Below the pieces are notes generated by a model that saw only the letters and a list, made by a program, of their open reading frames with translations, made no database searches and was not told the DNA's origin. This document shows positions 28,501-32,000 of a stretch of 32,000 nucleotides of DNA, piece by piece (position 1 is the first letter of the stretch; each line of letters begins with the position of its first letter). The position numbers and the translations under genes were made by a program. Source of the DNA: Synechococcus elongatus PCC 6301 (GTDB taxonomy: Bacteria > Cyanobacteriota > Cyanobacteriia > Synechococcales > Synechococcaceae); NCBI RefSeq assembly GCF_000010065.1, contig NC_006576.1, positions 750,001 through 782,000 of the forward strand. The letters run 5' to 3'.

Positions 28501-28531
28501 AGTCCTTGCCCAGCATCCGCCCGGTCAGTAG
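25520..28531 (+). CDS. uvrA: Excinuclease ABC subunit A
   Basis: 1003 aa. It has two ABC ATPase modules (Walker A motifs [10 protein letters not shown] and [10 protein letters not shown]; signatures [12 protein letters not shown] and [12 protein letters not shown]), zinc-finger cysteines (CPHCDRS and CEACGGQG...CDVCKG), and an N-terminus [16 protein letters not shown]. Confidence 0.95.
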   Translation: MPKRASVEPSSDLAHRNGDRPAAETDQIRVRGARQHNLQNLDLDLPRNQLIVFTGVSGSGKSSLAFDTIFAEGQRRYVESLSAYARQFLGQVDKPDVDAIEGLSPAISIDQKSTSHNPRSTVGTVTEIYDYLRLLFGRAGAPHCPHCDRSIAPQTIDQMVDRLAELPDRSRFQILAPVVRGKKGTHKKLLSSLAAEGFVRVRINGEVRELSDSIELDKNHAHTIEIVVDRLVQKAGIQERLVDSLTTCLRRSEGIAVIDVLPGDRGNVITLPVEHHSSRAADTGAEYNREPQGYELVFSENFACPEHGAVMEELSPRLFSFNSPYGACSHCHGLGTLRTFSPELVVPDPNLPVYAAIAPWSEKDHSYYFNLLCGVAEVSGFEISDRWQDLTPDQQHAILFGSSEPIAVETDSRFRDRHLYHRPFEGVIPILERQYRETSSEVYKQKLEKYLVDQTCEVCHGLRLKPESLAVRMGPYRITDLTSVSVRECLNKIEALIGSDNREPLLTARQMQIGDLVLREIQARLRFLLDVGLDYLTLDRPAMTLSGGEAQRIRLATQIGAGLTGVLYVLDEPSIGLHQRDNDRLLNTLIRLRDLGNTLIVVEHDEDTIRAADHLVDIGPGAGVHGGRIVAQGNLNQLLTAEESLTGAYLSGRRRIATPDSRRAGNGRRLLLQGANRNNLQNLDVEIPLGKLVCITGVSGSGKSTLINELLHPALEHSLGLKVPFPKGLAVLKGTKAIDKVIVIDQSPIGRTPRSNPATYTGAFDPIRQVFAATTEAKARGYQPGQFSFNVKGGRCEACGGQGVNVIEMNFLPDVYVQCDVCKGARYNRETLQVKYKGKTIADVLNMTVEEAAQFFENIPQASSRLQTLVDVGLGYVRLGQPAPTLSGGEAQRVKLATELARRATGKTLYLIDEPTTGLSFYDVHKLLDVMQRLVDKGNSIVVIEHNLDVIRCADWIIDLGPEGGDRGGEIVVCGEPEIVATHNQSHTGRYLAQVLAQHPPGQ

Positions 28532-28634
28532 TCTTCACGACAGTAGAGCTTCATCTTTTCCTTAGATTGATAGAAACGAGAAGCGACATTCTAAAAGAGA
28601 CCTCTCAGTCACCCCCACAGGAACAATCATTGCG

Positions 28635-29747
28635 ATGACAGCGCCGACCATTGAACAACTGGTGCGTAAGGCCTGCCAAGTGCAAGCATCTGATATTCAC
28701 CTGCGAGTGGGGCACCCACCCTACTTTCGCTTGCGGGAACAGATGTATCCGCTCCCCAATGCACCAGCTGCGACCGACAGCGATATGGCGAGCTGGCTTA
28801 ATGAAATCCTGACACCAACGCAACTGAGTCGTCTCAATGAAACCCAAGAGCTAGACGAGGCCCTGTTTTACCCTGACCTGATTCGCTGTCGGGTAATCTG
28901 CTTTCAAACGCTGGATGGCGTCGCCATTACCCTGCGGCTCATTCCTCTGCAGATTCCCAGTCTGATGGATCTGCAACTGCCCACAGTTTTATCCGCCCTG
29001 ATTCAACGCAAACAGGGATTGATTTTGGTGACGGGGCCAACGGGGTCTGGCAAGTCCACGACGCTGGCCGCCATGATCAGTGAAATGAATCAGTCCATGG
29101 CTCGGCACATCATCACGATCGAAGATCCGATCGAATATGTCTTTGAGCCAGTGCGATGCCTGATCACCCAGCGAGAGGTGGGGCGGCATGTCCATGACTT
29201 TTCATCGGCTGTACGGGCAGCGCTGCGAGCCGATCCCGATGTCATCCTCGTGGGAGAAATCCGCGATCAAAAAACCCTCAAAGCAGCGATGCATGCGGCG
29301 CAAACCGGCCACCTAGTGCTCGGGACGCTCCATGCTCGCAATGCGATCGCCACAATCGATCGCCTGATTGGTCTGGACGGCATGGTCCAGAGCGCCGATA
29401 CACGAAAGCAATTTCTCGAACTATTGGTTGCGGTGATTGCCCAACAGCTAATCACGACCTATTCGGGGAGTCGGCGTGCTGTTTTAGAGGTGCTCATCAA
29501 TACACCTGCCATTCAGGACTATCTCACCCGAGGTGAACTAGACGAGGCTTACCGGTTAATGGAGCTCGATACGATTGAGGGGATGCAGACCTTGAATGAG
29601 GCACTGATCACTGAGATTGAGCAAGGGCGACTCAGTATTGAAGAAGCCCTCAAAGCTGCTGTCGACCCCGGAGATCTCGATCGCCGAATGCGGATTGCTG
29701 GAATCAGCCACTCCTTTGGATTCTCCAGTTTCAAATCCAGCGCCTGA
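28635..29747 (+). CDS. pilT: PilT/PilU-family type IV pilus (retraction-type) ATPase paralog
   Basis: 370 aa. Motifs are Walker A GPTGSGKST, Asp box IITIEDPIEY, Walker B DPDVILVGEIRD and His box TGHLVLGTLHA. The usual AIRNLIRE motif reads AIQDYLTR. Confidence 0.85.
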   Translation: MTAPTIEQLVRKACQVQASDIHLRVGHPPYFRLREQMYPLPNAPAATDSDMASWLNEILTPTQLSRLNETQELDEALFYPDLIRCRVICFQTLDGVAITLRLIPLQIPSLMDLQLPTVLSALIQRKQGLILVTGPTGSGKSTTLAAMISEMNQSMARHIITIEDPIEYVFEPVRCLITQREVGRHVHDFSSAVRAALRADPDVILVGEIRDQKTLKAAMHAAQTGHLVLGTLHARNAIATIDRLIGLDGMVQSADTRKQFLELLVAVIAQQLITTYSGSRRAVLEVLINTPAIQDYLTRGELDEAYRLMELDTIEGMQTLNEALITEIEQGRLSIEEALKAAVDPGDLDRRMRIAGISHSFGFSSFKSSA

Positions 29748-29785
29748 GCAGCGGTCTGCTGCCTCGCCCACCTGCCAGAGCCGGA

Positions 29786-30604
29786 ATGATGGAAGATACG
29801 TTTACGCCGTTACAGCTCCAGGTTGAAGGGGCGAGCCTGCGGTTCTGTCGCTACGGTGGGCAAGTATTGTCCTGGCAACCCGCCGATGGTCAAGAGCGCC
29901 TATTCCTGAGCGATCGCAGTCTTTACCAGTCCGGTCAGGCGATTCGCGGTGGCGTCCCGATCATCTTTCCCCAGTTCTCGGGGCGCGGGTCATTGCCTAA
30001 GCATGGTTTTGCCCGCGATCGCGCTTGGGCTTTGCTGCAGTGGGATGAGGACAGCGGCCAAGCCGAGTTAGAGCTCCGAGAGTCACTAGAAACCTTACAG
30101 ATTTGGCCGTTTGCTTTTCGGTTGGTGCTCAAGCTGCAACTCCGACCCCAGCAACTGCAGCTGCAACTCACTGTTGAGAACTGCGATCGCCAACCTTGGT
30201 CGTTTACAGCAGCACTGCACAGCTATCTAGCGGTGCCGGATCTGGCCACTGTGCATCTACAAGGACTGCAAGGGCGTTGGGGCACGGAACAAACCACGGG
30301 CGATCGCTGGCAGGAGATGGAGTGCGATCGCCACTTCCCTCAAGCGATCGATGCGCTCTACGAGGCTCCGGCGCAGCCCTTGACCTTGCTGGCTCCTCCT
30401 TGGTCAGCCCTTCAGATCTGTCAGACAGGGTTTACCGAAACAGTGATCTGGAACCCGGGGTCAGCAGGGGTCAGTCAGATTGGCGATCTGGCCTCCGGCT
30501 CAGAACAGCAGTTTCTCTGTGTGGAAGCAGCTGTCGTGCAGTCTCCTCCCCGCCTTGAACCTGGGGAAATTTGGCAGGGGCAACAAGTCTTTCAGGTCGG
30601 TTGA
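29786..30604 (+). CDS. Glucose-6-phosphate 1-epimerase-like protein (aldose 1-epimerase superfamily, YeaD type)
   Basis: 272 aa. The segment AIRGGVPIIFPQFSGRGSLPKHGFARDRAW matches the conserved IRGGIP..FP.FG....P.HGFAR motif. HSYL and VIWNP elements occur later. Confidence 0.8.
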   Translation: MMEDTFTPLQLQVEGASLRFCRYGGQVLSWQPADGQERLFLSDRSLYQSGQAIRGGVPIIFPQFSGRGSLPKHGFARDRAWALLQWDEDSGQAELELRESLETLQIWPFAFRLVLKLQLRPQQLQLQLTVENCDRQPWSFTAALHSYLAVPDLATVHLQGLQGRWGTEQTTGDRWQEMECDRHFPQAIDALYEAPAQPLTLLAPPWSALQICQTGFTETVIWNPGSAGVSQIGDLASGSEQQFLCVEAAVVQSPPRLEPGEIWQGQQVFQVG

Positions 30605-31057
30605 ATGCCCCTGCGATGGTAGTGCTCACTGTTAACCCTGCGAAGTATTCCTGCAATTGCTTGGCAGTGCCGCGATCGCAATCCTAGGGTGAGGATAGTT
30701 CGGATGACGACCTCCAGGACAGCGTAAAGCTTGAGGACTGGACGGGTGAACATAGTCGGCGGTGGTTTCCTCTGGAGCCATCGCCTTTTATTGTTGTGTT
30801 TCCCAAGCTGGCCCTGCCAACGACGCTCGCTCAACGTCTTGCCAGTGACTCATGACAAGACCAAAGTTGCCCAGAACAGTTTGGTGTACCAACGCAGTGA
30901 TAAAGGGCTGAATGACCAGACCGCTCCTGAGGGAAATGCTATGCCTGGGGGCGGCTAACGCCAATGCATCCCACCGCAAATTGATAGTGCTCAAACCCTT
31001 CCATTCGTTAAAGTAGGATAAAGGCCAACTACTGAACCGATTCCCCTTGCTGCGTCC

Positions 31058-31768
31058 ATGGGTCGAGCCCTGACTGATAGAACGGCTGACCGCATCGATC
31101 TGACGGCGGCCGCCGCTCAGGTTCAGACTGTCCTGCAAGGAATTGAAGCCGATAGTTGCCCGCGCCTTTACAACTTCCATCTCCATACCACCTGTTCTGA
31201 CGGCAAGCTTCAGCCCCGAGAGGTGATGGAACAGGCGATCGCGATTGGGCTACGAGGGCTAGCAATCACAGATCATCACGGCGTGCGAGGCTACGAAGCT
31301 GCCTGTGCTTGGCTGGAGGATTATCAGTGGCGCAGTGGCGGTCGGTCGCCCTTGCCCAAGCTCTGGGTGGGAACCGAGATCAACGCCGATCTACAAGGCA
31401 CCGAAGTGCACATTCTCGCCTATGGTTTTCAGACCAGCCATGTGGCGATGCGGCCCTACCTAGTGGGTCGTCCGCCGCAGGGAGATGCGCACCTGGCACC
31501 CAATGTGATTGCCGCCATTCAGCAAGCAGGAGGGCTAGCCATTTTGGCGCACCCCGCTCGCTATCGGCGATCGCCCCAAGAATTGATTTTGGCGGCCTAT
31601 CGCTACGGCATCGACGGCGTTGAGACCTACTACGCTTACGGCAATCCCAATCCTAGGCAAGCCACCCCAGAACCAACTCAAGCGATCGCCAGCCTAGCCG
31701 CTGAGTTGAACTTGCTGAGTAGCTGTGGCACCGACACCCATGGTCGCAGTTTGCTCAGTCGCCTTTAG
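31058..31768 (+). CDS. PHP-domain metal-dependent phosphoesterase
   Basis: 236 aa. PHP histidine/aspartate motifs are present: YNFHLHTTCSDG, LAITDHH, GTEINA, LAHPARY and GTDTHG. Confidence 0.8.
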   Translation: MGRALTDRTADRIDLTAAAAQVQTVLQGIEADSCPRLYNFHLHTTCSDGKLQPREVMEQAIAIGLRGLAITDHHGVRGYEAACAWLEDYQWRSGGRSPLPKLWVGTEINADLQGTEVHILAYGFQTSHVAMRPYLVGRPPQGDAHLAPNVIAAIQQAGGLAILAHPARYRRSPQELILAAYRYGIDGVETYYAYGNPNPRQATPEPTQAIASLAAELNLLSSCGTDTHGRSLLSRL

Positions 31769-31931
31769 CTCGGTTCTCATCTCAACGACACTGCTGCTTA
31801 GCCAAGGGCGATCGCAGCTGTGGGCAATCGTTCCAGAACTGATTGTGAGTGCGGGTCTAACGCTCTAGCAGCTTCCCCGTAGAATTAGGAAACCGTGCCT
31901 TCATATTTAGTAATCGTTGGGGTGTCAATTC

Positions 31932-32000
31932 ATGACCGGTTTTATTCGGGGTCTGTTTCAGAGCAAGCCCAAAGCAGAACAAGCCCCGCAACCCAAGCAG
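31932..32000 (+). CDS. Possible start of a gene running off the right edge
   Basis: ATG 31932-31934 opens MTGFIRGLFQSKPKAEQAPQPKQ with no stop before the window end. The visible stretch is too short to identify. Confidence 0.25.
   Translation, partial: MTGFIRGLFQSKPKAEQAPQPKQ

Noticed and set aside
30592-31186. Overlapping minus-strand ORFs (30592..30834 and 30788..31186) in the 450-nt gap between the epimerase and the PHP gene.
   Set aside because: One starts at a non-ATG codon. The other overlaps the PHP gene start. Both have Arg/Ser/Gly-rich composition and no motif I recognise. The gap remains unexplained, but I cannot support a gene call.
1-32000. A search by eye for tRNA, rRNA, CRISPR arrays, integrases and defence-system hallmarks.
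   Set aside because: I found no T-arm or anticodon-arm consensus stretches and no regularly spaced short direct repeats. The only repeats are the 516-nt coding repeats in pixJ. I found no recombinase, nuclease or methylase gene sets. The only mobile-element trace is the decayed transposase fragment at about 22143-22469.

Overview
This is a cyanobacterial chromosome segment. The evidence is dense GCGATCGC (HIP1) palindromes, housekeeping flanks of about 55-63% GC, and gene content and order resembling Synechococcus elongatus, which I cannot confirm without a database search.

Left flank (1-6.7 kb): a partial ABC1/UbiB kinase, two hypothetical genes, YajQ, a DprA/Smf-like protein, a P-loop+DRTGG protein, a small conserved hypothetical, and a membrane di-iron hydroxylase fused to an SDR.

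Centre (6.9-17.2 kb, all minus strand): a complete chemotaxis-like Pix/Tax phototaxis operon.
- Gene order is pixG (PATAN-REC), pixH (CheY), pixI (CheW), pixJ, pixL (Hpt-kinase-CheW-REC hybrid CheA), then an extra CheW with a long acidic tail. There is no cheR or cheB.
- pixJ is a 1406-aa MCP carrying five exactly phased DXCF cyanobacteriochrome GAF repeats.
- The block is GC-poor and HIP1-poor relative to both flanks, and about 1 kb of AT-rich sequence with no convincing gene lies upstream of it.

Right flank: a GH116 (GBA2-like) glycosidase, dapL, a degenerate transposase remnant, purM, a DUF2811-like gene, hemJ, uvrA, a diverged PilT-family ATPase, a glucose-6-phosphate 1-epimerase-like gene and a PHP phosphoesterase.

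I found no tRNA, rRNA or CRISPR array. I also see no convincing wholly undescribed system, because the central operon belongs to a described class. The observations most worth following up are:
- a gene-conversion-like identical tract inside the pixJ GAF repeats
- the compositional island
- the lysine/arginine-free acidic CheW tail
- the 1-kb AT-rich leader
- a phased TCCACAG repeat array in the purM/hemJ divergent intergenic region
- the hydroxylase-SDR fusion
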